Source: a virus. From it: 64,000 bases of DNA. The translations under genes and the position numbers were made by a program. A model generated the notes under the pieces. It had not been told where the DNA came from, searched no databases, and saw nothing but the letters and a program-made list of their open reading frames with translations. The stretch is from positions 1 through 64,000 of IMG/VR virus record IMGVR_UViG_3300020391_000003, one strand, 5' to 3'. Of this stretch, positions 28,033-37,529 are shown one piece after another. Within the stretch, counting starts at the first letter, position 1, and each line of letters opens with the position of its first letter.

Positions 28033-31000
28033 TTATAAACTTAAATCTGTTAAAATTAAATTTTCAGGAGCCTCAGGAATACCCATGTCTGCTTGGGGAG
28101 GTATAGGCAATACAGGTTTTCTTACCACCCCCTTTGATTCAGCTGCAGAAAACTTAGCTATATTATACTCTAAACCTGTAATACGAAAAGCTCCCACATT
28201 ATCTTCATTAATAGACATCACCCTAAATTTTTGACCTTCAAATATTCTTTGGTTAATTGAGTTAAAGTTTTCAAAAAATTCAATACTTCCAAATCTAACC
28301 ACAGATAAATTTTCTAGCAAACCTTTTTCTTCATCTGATCCCTGCAACTCAATAACATCTTGACTTACATATAAAGCTCTAAATTCTTTTTCATTAAAAT
28401 TGCCATCAAAACTCGAGCTGCTAGTATCAAAATCTTTTATGGTTACCATATAACTATTTCTTAAATCATTATCATGAGATGATATTAATTGCAATCTAAC
28501 TGCATCTCGCCCAGATAAAGAGCTTCCAGCATCCACCAATTCAATATCAATAATATTTACATTTCTATAAAATAAATTTTCACTAAGATTGCTTTCCTGA
28601 AAAGTTTGATTGATTGATCTGAATTGTTGTTCTACAGAAGAAGAAATCTTCGTGGGTATAAAACTTGCCCTAGGAGAGTTTTTTAAAACATAAAAAGCAA
28701 AACTTTGAGATGAATTTGAAGTGGTCTCAGAGTTCACTATCTCAAAAAAAGTGTCTTTCAGCTGTAACATTTGCCCATTATCTTTAACCGCCTCACCAAA
28801 TATTTTGTTTGGATCTTGAGAATGCTGATCTATTGCTATTAAATACATTATTTCTGGATCTATATTAGAATTTCCATCTGGATTGCCAAACACTACTTCA
28901 ACCCATAATTTTAAATCTTTTATATACCATAGTCTTGGATGTGATGCGTCAAACCAAACCCACCCCAATCCGTATTTTTCAGGAGTAAAATAAATCCAAC
29001 AACTAGAAGATGCTCTATCAATCAGCTGATTAAGATAAACCCACTTGAAGCTTCCTGCTATATTTATCATTCCCCAACCAGTATCCATAAGGAATAATGT
29101 CCCAAAAAAATCAGAATAAAACCATTCTTGTGTTTGTATTCCAGGAATGCTTCTTAAAAGTAATTTTTGTTGCATTACTTGAGCCCTAGAAGCTTCAATG
29201 CTTCGTATTTCATTTTTACCTGCATCAAACAGGCCGTGCAAGATATATATTGATCCTGCCTGTATTTGATTAATTGCTTTTATCGTTTTTTCGTAATCCT
29301 CAGGGCAGACATAATGCTGTCCTCCTTTGTTTAAAAATATATCTCTACCAATGTCAGATATATCTATATTTATTCTATTGGAGTTTGTCATTGCATATAC
29401 TTTAAAAGCATTTTTTTCAACATCATATACATAAAGAGCATTATTATCAGCATATGACTCCGACAATCCTCCTGGCAAAACTCCTTCTGTCTCAAATTTT
29501 ACCCTATCTCCTTCCTTGAATCCATGATTACGTATTAAAATTTTATTAGACGCAGTATCAAATTTCACGGGCATTCTTAATGTTAAATTTTCAAGATATG
29601 TTGATTGTCCCTGGGGCCCTTTTCTTGATTCTTCATCTACATGTACAGATAAATTTCCAGAAAATATTAAAGATTGAGGCACCTGTAAAGAATTTATTTC
29701 TTCGTCTTGATTCTCTATACTAGTCTCAAAAGAGCTTTTACTTTGTATGGAATCTATACTAGACGAACCGGCCCCCGTTGCTATTACAATTTCAATTTTC
29801 TTGTAAGACGGTGAAAAATTATCATTTTTATCAAGTAAAATTTTATTTGCGTCTACAGCCAGCACCCTACCGCTTTTATCAGATCCAGCTCTCATTTCAT
29901 CAGAAATTTCTATTATTGATCCAGGAGTTAAATAAGCTCCTTCTTTTGAAGTTTCAAAAGAAACTGTTTCTGTTTCTAATTGTGAAGTAAATAATATCCA
30001 TTTTGCAAATCTTCTTGCCTCCGATTCACTCGTTACCCCCATGGCAGCTATCTCTTCTTGAATATAACCAAAACTTTTAATTGCGTCTGCATCTTCTTCA
30101 TAAATTACGTCTGGTTTAAAAGATTTCTCTCTATTATTAAATCTAATTAAAACGCTACTAATTCTTTTATTTTTCTGAACCCCACTATAAGAAAATCCTT
30201 CAGGAGATACATTTGAATTATTAAATATCATTGATGTCTTTTTTGGCCTGTCCTGAATAGAAGTTATTCTTCCATCAATATACGAGGATATTGCTCTAAA
30301 AGAAGATGCAATTAAATTTATCATTTGCAATGCATCACTTCTTTCGGTAAAATAAAAATTGCCAGAAAATCTAGGTTCAACAATCGCATGATTTTTTTGA
30401 ACTGCGCATGCTCCCAAAATTATTTTTTTTGCTCCTGTTGAAAATGCAGGAGGTGGAGTTCTAGTTGGATTATTTCTACCAAATGTACCTCCAGGAACAT
30501 CAAGCCAATGACCTTCTCCCCATTGAGATATAGTTCTACTACTTGTTTGTTGTAAATACGCAGTAGCAAGATCATTATTATCAGGATGATCTACATATGC
30601 AGCAAAATCCAAATTAAAATCAAATACCGCAGAATTATCAGAAAAATCTGGGCCTCTTAATTTTATAGTTCTAGAAGAATTTATTGTTTCTTCAATCACT
30701 CTTTCTTCAATAACAATTTCACCATTTCTTTGTTTAGAATTTTCATAAATATCATGCATATTTTCATCACCCAAAGAATGCTGGGATATAAAAAAAGCCA
30801 TCTTTTTACCTTTAAAAGATACTCCTTCTCCAAAATTTTTCTTAAACTGCTCGTCAGACAAGTAATTATCTGTTATAGATATTTCGAAAAATTCACTTGC
30901 ATCAGGATTTATTATACTAGAGAAAATAATCGGAAACCCAGATTCATTAGAGTTTTCAGCCTCTATCTCATAATCTGTTTCTACTAATTCATCACAATAT

Positions 31001-32820
31001 TTAGCAATAGCATACAATCTCCATTTATCTATATTTGTTTCATTAAGTCCATACTTTCCCAGACCATATCTAGCATCATGAATTAAATCAAAAAATATCC
31101 AAGCAGGATTATCTGACCATTCTCTTAAATTGTCGGGAATAGATTGTAAGGAAGAACCTTCTTCTTCTCCTTTAAACTTACCATTCCATGGTCCATCATA
31201 CTTCCTGGAAATTGGGTCATAATTACTTGGCAATAAAATCTTTTTAAGCTTCAAATGATAAGACCTTTTCGGTATTTGACTAAAATTTTTGCTATCAAAC
31301 TTTAAAAAAACACAGGCACTATTAGGATACACAAGATTTTCTTCTATAATTTCATTGACATATGTCATAGCCAATTCTCTTACAACATAAATACCCCCTA
31401 TATTTTTATCACTTACTGTAGGATCAGTCTCTGCACTTAATTTCAATATTTTAAAAGATGGATTTACATCCTGAAATTTTATTTGAATATCAAATTGATA
31501 TGCAGAAGTAGCAATTCCTCTAACAACAAAACATTTTTCTCCAGACCTTGTTTTAGCAATAAACAAACCAGAACCATTACCTTCTCCTGGATCCTCTTGA
31601 ATTATAGTTCCAAAAGAAGAAAGAACATAATTACTATTTTGTTGATTTGCTAAATCAATTAAATTTACTTCCTCATTATCTTCTACAACCAAAATTGTAA
31701 AAAATATTGCATGAGGATTAACATTTCCAGTTGTATCATTTCTTGCAACTCTAGTTCTTAATGAAAATTCTACTTGCCCAACATTTACATTGGAAGGCGC
31801 AAAAGTAAATATTTTTGCGCCCGCCTCTTGAGCAGCTGCAGTACTTTCATATACTCCTCCACTTACTGCGCGACTACCAACATAAGGTGGACCACCAAAT
31901 AAAACCTGATCTTCATCTTTTGTTATTCCTATTCCCCTAGCAGTTTCACTTAGTAAATTATTTTTATTATCTCCCAATTTTATTTTAGGCACAAAATTTT
32001 CTTCGGTAACTCCTGCTCGGTCACTTTCACTCAAAATATAATTTAATGAGCCCTTTGATCCATCATCTTTTTTTGGGTTTCGTATTGGGATTCCATTTAA
32101 AAAAACCGACTCTTCTATGTCTTGTTCTGAAATTAACACTCCATTTTTATTTACTGGTCCAGCAATCGCTCCTTCTGATACTAGGTCTAGTAATTCAATA
32201 GACATAAAGCTTTCCAAGAGGTTTTTATTTGTTGATTTGCTATTTCTTTTTAAATTAAAAGTTTTTTTTCTAGCAGATATATTGGTTGAACCGACCATAA
32301 GCCTTCCATACCCCAAAGGCACCGCCACTCCTTGCGAAGTTCTATTAACAGCCCCCGACATAAGAAAAGATTTTGTTGAAACTGGATCTTTTCTTTGTGG
32401 AGGCTTTGGAGGTTTAGATAATACAGTTATAGCTATTTGAGTGGCAGTTGCAATTGCCATTATTTTCGTAAGTACTGTGGCGTCAGCCCACCACTTTGCT
32501 ACAGCCGCAATAGCAGCAGCAACAGGTCCGCCTCCGGCTGCCATCGGAACAATATGAAATTCTTGATTATTACTTTTTAAATTATAATTAGTTTTATTGG
32601 CACAACTATTTCTAAATTCGGCTGCATTTTTAATACAGGTTATATCTTTATTTAGAACAATATAAGAAACACCCTCTTGTTCTTTATCAAATAAATAATT
32701 AGTAAATCCCTCAAAATTATTAGAAAGCGCAGCAATAAGATCTTGGGCACTGTCAATCTCAAACTCGAATCGTTTTCCGAATTTTTTGCCTAATTCTCCA
32801 TGTAAATACGCCTTTTTCAC
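28033..32820 (-). CDS. gpI (ubiquitin-like)-gpJ (tail hub/host specificity) fusion
   Basis: GTG start MKKAYLHGELGKKFG...FHIVPMAAGGG; VPLGYGRLMVGS; LDLVSEGAIAG; SDNPAWIFFDLIHDARYGLG; YAIAKYCDELV; EPRFS; SEARRFAKW; GLEYNIAKF. Confidence 0.9.
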   Translation of the reverse strand: MKKAYLHGELGKKFGKRFEFEIDSAQDLIAALSNNFEGFTNYLFDKEQEGVSYIVLNKDITCIKNAAEFRNSCANKTNYNLKSNNQEFHIVPMAAGGGPVAAAIAAVAKWWADATVLTKIMAIATATQIAITVLSKPPKPPQRKDPVSTKSFLMSGAVNRTSQGVAVPLGYGRLMVGSTNISARKKTFNLKRNSKSTNKNLLESFMSIELLDLVSEGAIAGPVNKNGVLISEQDIEESVFLNGIPIRNPKKDDGSKGSLNYILSESDRAGVTEENFVPKIKLGDNKNNLLSETARGIGITKDEDQVLFGGPPYVGSRAVSGGVYESTAAAQEAGAKIFTFAPSNVNVGQVEFSLRTRVARNDTTGNVNPHAIFFTILVVEDNEEVNLIDLANQQNSNYVLSSFGTIIQEDPGEGNGSGLFIAKTRSGEKCFVVRGIATSAYQFDIQIKFQDVNPSFKILKLSAETDPTVSDKNIGGIYVVRELAMTYVNEIIEENLVYPNSACVFLKFDSKNFSQIPKRSYHLKLKKILLPSNYDPISRKYDGPWNGKFKGEEEGSSLQSIPDNLREWSDNPAWIFFDLIHDARYGLGKYGLNETNIDKWRLYAIAKYCDELVETDYEIEAENSNESGFPIIFSSIINPDASEFFEISITDNYLSDEQFKKNFGEGVSFKGKKMAFFISQHSLGDENMHDIYENSKQRNGEIVIEERVIEETINSSRTIKLRGPDFSDNSAVFDFNLDFAAYVDHPDNNDLATAYLQQTSSRTISQWGEGHWLDVPGGTFGRNNPTRTPPPAFSTGAKKIILGACAVQKNHAIVEPRFSGNFYFTERSDALQMINLIASSFRAISSYIDGRITSIQDRPKKTSMIFNNSNVSPEGFSYSGVQKNKRISSVLIRFNNREKSFKPDVIYEEDADAIKSFGYIQEEIAAMGVTSESEARRFAKWILFTSQLETETVSFETSKEGAYLTPGSIIEISDEMRAGSDKSGRVLAVDANKILLDKNDNFSPSYKKIEIVIATGAGSSSIDSIQSKSSFETSIENQDEEINSLQVPQSLIFSGNLSVHVDEESRKGPQGQSTYLENLTLRMPVKFDTASNKILIRNHGFKEGDRVKFETEGVLPGGLSESYADNNALYVYDVEKNAFKVYAMTNSNRINIDISDIGRDIFLNKGGQHYVCPEDYEKTIKAINQIQAGSIYILHGLFDAGKNEIRSIEASRAQVMQQKLLLRSIPGIQTQEWFYSDFFGTLFLMDTGWGMINIAGSFKWVYLNQLIDRASSSCWIYFTPEKYGLGWVWFDASHPRLWYIKDLKLWVEVVFGNPDGNSNIDPEIMYLIAIDQHSQDPNKIFGEAVKDNGQMLQLKDTFFEIVNSETTSNSSQSFAFYVLKNSPRASFIPTKISSSVEQQFRSINQTFQESNLSENLFYRNVNIIDIELVDAGSSLSGRDAVRLQLISSHDNDLRNSYMVTIKDFDTSSSSFDGNFNEKEFRALYVSQDVIELQGSDEEKGLLENLSVVRFGSIEFFENFNSINQRIFEGQKFRVMSINEDNVGAFRITGLEYNIAKFSAAESKGVVRKPVLPIPPQADMGIPEAPENLILTDLSL

Positions 32821-32828
32821 CTTGTGCC

Positions 32829-33167
32829 TTATTGGTATACACTTTTATAATACACTCCAAATTCATCATCTCTAAGACTATATATTAAAAAAGGTATATC
32901 TATTTCATCACAAAACTTTTTATCACAAAAAGAAGGCTTCGCAGAATATTCCAAGTGAGAGTGAAAAATGTATATAACATCATGTTCAATTAAATTATTA
33001 GGTTCAATTATAAAAGAATTTTTTTTATCTAAACTAACGTTTTCACATTCTATAAAATCTATAGTTAAGCCTCTTTTTACAACCAACCCGCAGCATTCTT
33101 GAGATTTATTTTTTATTGCATATTTTTTAATTTTATCAAGTATAAACTTCTCTGGTAATTTATTCAA
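32829..33167 (-). CDS. Stand-alone JAB/MPN (JAMM) protease, gpK-like without NlpC/P60
   Basis: ECCGLV...FHSHLEYSAKPSFCD is an intact H-x-H-x7-S-x2-D motif. TTG start at 33167 overlaps the gpL stop (ORF track starts at 33200). Confidence 0.85.
   Translation of the reverse strand: MNKLPEKFILDKIKKYAIKNKSQECCGLVVKRGLTIDFIECENVSLDKKNSFIIEPNNLIEHDVIYIFHSHLEYSAKPSFCDKKFCDEIDIPFLIYSLRDDEFGVYYKSVYQ
32838..32842 (-). promoter_or_regulatory. GTGTA motif, candidate late promoter
   Basis: ataaaaGTGTAtaccaataaggcacaagGTG, 17 nt before the 32820 start. Confidence 0.45.
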
Positions 33168-34296
33168 TTGGGTATGCCTCCGTACCAGGAAATCCCCCAA
33201 AATTTAAAGCATCTACTCCTTTTTCTGCTCTATTAAAAGGCAGTAACCTTTCGTCTTTTCTTCCAAATCTTTTTTTGCAAGCATCTAAGGTCTTATTGCA
33301 TTCATCTTTTGCCCAGTGTTCTTGATCAAAAAATGGATTGTGTAATCTAGAACTTTGATGATCTTTCAAGCAAACAAATACTTGAGCTGATCTTTTATGT
33401 GGATCTAAACTATCATGCTTAGATATAATTTTTACAATATCATTTTTTTGATAACCAAACTTTTCATTCGCATTTACATCGGACGTCCATTCAGGAATGT
33501 TTTCTTCTGTTAACGTATCAGAGGAATCCCATCTTATTATATCTTCATCATCAACGATTCCGGTTTCTCCATTTATTTTATAAGACCTTAATATAAACGA
33601 AACAGGATCTCCTGTTTCAGTCAAGCATAAATTTTTTCCAGAGTTATTTTCTATAGGCGCGCCACTGTATCTGCATCCAATATCACACCTATATGTCCAA
33701 TTACAATAATTAGACAACACCACCCTAGCAGGAATAAAAGAGTCTTCCAACTCTAAAGCTGATACCAATTCGAAAGAAATTTCAGTTTTATTTTCCGTTA
33801 TTTTTTTACTAATAAAATACACTTCATCTCGAAAATGCGCATTAGGATCAGATTTTCCAAAAGGATTAACTCCTTTATTATTTAAATTTCTATTTTGAAA
33901 ATTAACATCATCTAAAAATCTTACAAATGTTCTTCTTCTTGTCACCTTACAATTAGCAAAATCTTTATTTGAATGAACAATTTTAGAGAACAAGCCTTCT
34001 GGATTTGATATTCTTAATTTTGGTCTAGGTAATTTTCCATCAGAAGTAGATTCAAAATCGTCTGCCTGTATAGGTAGAGGCTGATATTCTTTACCCTGCC
34101 AAACCACTGCATTTGTTCCATTTATCATAGCGCAAAACCTATAAACAGCCTCTGCCCCAATGTTTATTTGATACATATCTTTTAAAGCCTCAAAGTCAGC
34201 CTGTATATTACTAAAATCAATTTCAAATAAAGTTACAACTGTATCTGGAGTAATTGAAGCTAATTGCTTGCTAAAATTTGATTCTGATCTTCCCAT
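33160..34296 (-). CDS. Lambda gpL-like minor tail protein (four-Cys, Fe-S-binding type)
   Basis: VTLFEID, WQGKEYQPLPI, RPKLRISN, KVTRRRTFVRFLD, CNWTYR...C-x-Y, CNKTLDACKKRFG, FGGFPG. Confidence 0.92.
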   Translation of the reverse strand: MGRSESNFSKQLASITPDTVVTLFEIDFSNIQADFEALKDMYQINIGAEAVYRFCAMINGTNAVVWQGKEYQPLPIQADDFESTSDGKLPRPKLRISNPEGLFSKIVHSNKDFANCKVTRRRTFVRFLDDVNFQNRNLNNKGVNPFGKSDPNAHFRDEVYFISKKITENKTEISFELVSALELEDSFIPARVVLSNYCNWTYRCDIGCRYSGAPIENNSGKNLCLTETGDPVSFILRSYKINGETGIVDDEDIIRWDSSDTLTEENIPEWTSDVNANEKFGYQKNDIVKIISKHDSLDPHKRSAQVFVCLKDHQSSRLHNPFFDQEHWAKDECNKTLDACKKRFGRKDERLLPFNRAEKGVDALNFGGFPGTEAYPIE

Positions 34297-37200
34297 TACA
34301 TGTAAATTTTAATTTTTGCCGACTGAGGATTATAAAGCCCGTCACTTTGAATTTCTATACTTGAATTGTAAAAACCCTTTGCTACTCCGAATACTATCGG
34401 ACCAGTTTTGGCGGGCAATTCGTGGTCATTTGCTTTTCCAGGAAGTGTTTCTTGCCAGACTTGCTTACCATATTGAGATTTAGTTAAGTAATATTCATTA
34501 AATGGAGGAGAATCAGAGACAAGTTCTATTTTTCCATAATTAATGTCTCCTCTATTTGTTACTGAATTATTAGACCAGTATTTGGAATGATACTTATTTA
34601 TATACGCTTCATATTGTTGATCTTCTGTGATTAGATTATAAATAATTCTATTTCCCGAAGAATCAACAAAATAATAAAGTTTTTCACTTATTGTTGCATC
34701 GTCGTATATAATATCGAAAAAGGCTTCTTGACTTCCTTGTAATATATTAATTGAGTTATTTTCAAAAAATTGAGTTGCTATAAAGTATCTGCAACTCTCT
34801 GGCATTGAGGGTATACTGGGTGATGTTGGGTGTTTTATTATTGTTCCATCGTTTTTTTGAGTAAACACAACTTCTTTACCATTTTCTTTCACAGGTTCCC
34901 ACTCAGACTTATCTGTGCCTCCTTGCATTAACTTAAAAGACTGACCTCCTTCAACTCCTTGTGTGAAATTTTTGCTTAATTCTATTTTGGCTCCCTGAAG
35001 ATTAAACGGCAGACTTGTTGATAGAGTTTGTTGTATATCAGATGGTATAGTAAATCTTAAATCCAAAACTCCTGATTTTTTTACAACTGGAATTGACTGC
35101 TGATTTCCTCCCCCAACACTACCCAAAAAATAAAATGAATCTTTGTTTGGATCATTAAATTTCATTAGACTTATTTGCACAGGATCATCTCCGATATTTT
35201 TAATATTTACTCTAAATCTCCATGGAGACAATCTATTAATATTATCTTCTTTATTTGCTAGAATTATTTGAGAATTAAAATTTAATTCTCCAGCAGAAAG
35301 TGTTGGTGGAGAAACCGAGGAATCAATTTCCTGCGCAGAAAAGTTAAAAGGGAACTGCTCAAAAGAGGCGGAAATACTATGATTATTTTTAAAATTGTAT
35401 TTGTGAGACCATTTTTGACATATAAAATTTTGAACTCTATCGTAAGGAGATGGAGGCTTAAATAAAAACGGAACAGAACCAATATGTTGCTCTAGAAAAT
35501 GCAAAATAGCATAAGCTTCATCGTCGTCTCTGTTATTGAAATTTAAATCTAATTTAAGCAAACTTTCATTTATTCCATCTTTATAAACCTGATTATACCC
35601 TTCTACAGATTCAATATTTAACATCCTGGGTTCTTGATTTACAGATAAACCAAGCGAAGGCTTCCAAAAAAAATCTCTAGACCAATATTCTTTATTGATA
35701 TCAGTGAAATAACCGCTTTCTCTAGTCCATTCTGAATTTTCTTGCACAGGAGGCTTCCCCGCAGCAGAATCTCCAGACCAATAATAATACTTATGATTAC
35801 CAGTTGAAAATGCTATGTCATTCAACTCATATTGAAAAGAGTCATCATAATCTGCAGGTCTTTTTACAAACAAATCTTCAGACTTTTTTAGAATTGATGT
35901 ATCAAAATTTGAAAGCTTTATATTTAAATCATTATTATTTTCAAATGCAAGAGAGTGAGAAAAGTTTTGACAATAAAAGTTTTTAGTTTGCACCTCAACA
36001 GAATCATAAGGATGAAAAGCAGAAGACCCATCCCATCTAAATCCAGATATTCCTTGAGAATATTTTAAGTTAGATGACGACGAGTCTTTTTGATGTTGTC
36101 CTTGATGATTTTCTAAAAAGTGAATTATAGCATTTGCCTCTTTATTTGTCCTATTTTTAAATTCAAGATTTGCTTCAAATTTTACTGAATTTATTCCTCT
36201 TGGTCTTATTTCATAGTATCCATTTCCAAACTCACTTTTAATATTTAGAGTCGTAAAATCTACCGAAGAACCGTAATCTGCATCAAAAAAGAACTTGTCT
36301 TTAGTCCACTTGTCCGGATTTTGAGACGGAGAAAATGTTAATGCTGATAAAGTTATGTTATGGTTACTTTTTTTTTCAAAAGTTGATATTCTAGAAGAGC
36401 TATCAGCTTTTTTAATTTGTATTCTAGAACTTATTCCATCAACTTCTCTACTAACGGGATTAGCGGGTGCAGTTGGCACTGTTATATTTGATTGATCTGT
36501 AAGGCCATCAACTCCCCTTGATCCATCTTCTATTCCGTACCATCTTTCGTTTCCATAATTATACATAGCCAAAACATATTTCGGATCATTTATCTTTGTA
36601 ATATATAACCAGTTTCCCGCAGGACCAAACCTTTGATCAAATGCATCATTATCTAAAAATAAATATCCATTTTCAGTATGCGATTTTTCAGCATACATCC
36701 AAACTCCACTATTTATAGATGGTTGATTTATGTCTCCAATAAAAAACCATACCGCATTAGCATTGACAGGGCTAATGAATATCCAACCTAATTGAGGAGA
36801 AAAAAGCCATCCGTTGTTTACGTTTGGAAAATTCCAAAATGTGAAATTAATCTCAGATGAAGTACCTGTATGAGATTTTAAAAACCAAGAGCTTTCATAC
36901 CAATCAGCTATAGTTTTTGTTGCATCTAAAGCCTGTATAATTTCAGAAAAGTAGTACATTGTTCTACCTTCGTTTTCTCCAAACAACCTCCAATGACTTT
37001 CTCCAAATTCAGCTCTTGTTCTACTTTGTACGGGATGAGGAGTTCCATCTTGATCATAATCCCAAGCATTACTTGAGTTATTATAATATTTCAATAGATT
37101 TGCGTCCCTAACTACATACTGGTCGTAATCCTCTTGGCCGAATATTGGAATGTCTTGAAAATTTTCTTCTATACTTAATATTTCGTAAGAACCGTTAGCT

Positions 37201-37529
37201 CCATATATAGATCCTTCTAGATTTATTGTTTGACCCTCTTTTATTCCCACTCCAATAATACCTATCTCGCTCAACTCATCATAAATATAATGAGTCTCTG
37301 ATCCATTTTCTGTGGGGCCATCAGGATCCAGAGTGAATCTATTTTCTCCAGATACAACTATATTTCCTCCGTCAGTTATATTTTCTTTTGCATAATAAAA
37401 TAAACCATCTCCCGTATTATAAACAAAATCAAATTTTTCATAATTCGCTCCAGCTTGAAACACTCCAGAGTAATTATTTACATTTGTTAAAGTATGATTT
37501 GTACTAAAAATATTTTGTGATATACTCAT
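34296..37529 (-). CDS. Distal tail protein with two lambda gpM-like domains plus inserted modules
   Basis: FGNGYYEIRPRGINSV...FKNRTNKEANAIIHFLE and FFWKPS...GYNQVYKDGINE...FNNRDDDEAYAILHFLEQHIGSVPFLFKPP. Confidence 0.8.
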   Translation of the reverse strand: MSISQNIFSTNHTLTNVNNYSGVFQAGANYEKFDFVYNTGDGLFYYAKENITDGGNIVVSGENRFTLDPDGPTENGSETHYIYDELSEIGIIGVGIKEGQTINLEGSIYGANGSYEILSIEENFQDIPIFGQEDYDQYVVRDANLLKYYNNSSNAWDYDQDGTPHPVQSRTRAEFGESHWRLFGENEGRTMYYFSEIIQALDATKTIADWYESSWFLKSHTGTSSEINFTFWNFPNVNNGWLFSPQLGWIFISPVNANAVWFFIGDINQPSINSGVWMYAEKSHTENGYLFLDNDAFDQRFGPAGNWLYITKINDPKYVLAMYNYGNERWYGIEDGSRGVDGLTDQSNITVPTAPANPVSREVDGISSRIQIKKADSSSRISTFEKKSNHNITLSALTFSPSQNPDKWTKDKFFFDADYGSSVDFTTLNIKSEFGNGYYEIRPRGINSVKFEANLEFKNRTNKEANAIIHFLENHQGQHQKDSSSSNLKYSQGISGFRWDGSSAFHPYDSVEVQTKNFYCQNFSHSLAFENNNDLNIKLSNFDTSILKKSEDLFVKRPADYDDSFQYELNDIAFSTGNHKYYYWSGDSAAGKPPVQENSEWTRESGYFTDINKEYWSRDFFWKPSLGLSVNQEPRMLNIESVEGYNQVYKDGINESLLKLDLNFNNRDDDEAYAILHFLEQHIGSVPFLFKPPSPYDRVQNFICQKWSHKYNFKNNHSISASFEQFPFNFSAQEIDSSVSPPTLSAGELNFNSQIILANKEDNINRLSPWRFRVNIKNIGDDPVQISLMKFNDPNKDSFYFLGSVGGGNQQSIPVVKKSGVLDLRFTIPSDIQQTLSTSLPFNLQGAKIELSKNFTQGVEGGQSFKLMQGGTDKSEWEPVKENGKEVVFTQKNDGTIIKHPTSPSIPSMPESCRYFIATQFFENNSINILQGSQEAFFDIIYDDATISEKLYYFVDSSGNRIIYNLITEDQQYEAYINKYHSKYWSNNSVTNRGDINYGKIELVSDSPPFNEYYLTKSQYGKQVWQETLPGKANDHELPAKTGPIVFGVAKGFYNSSIEIQSDGLYNPQSAKIKIYM

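Noticed and set aside
18545-37133. Tyr/His insertion module as a mini-intein or palindromic DNA element
   Set aside because: No Cys/Ser start or His-Asn end, far shorter than a Hint domain, and I saw no terminal inverted repeats or palindromic structure at the DNA level.
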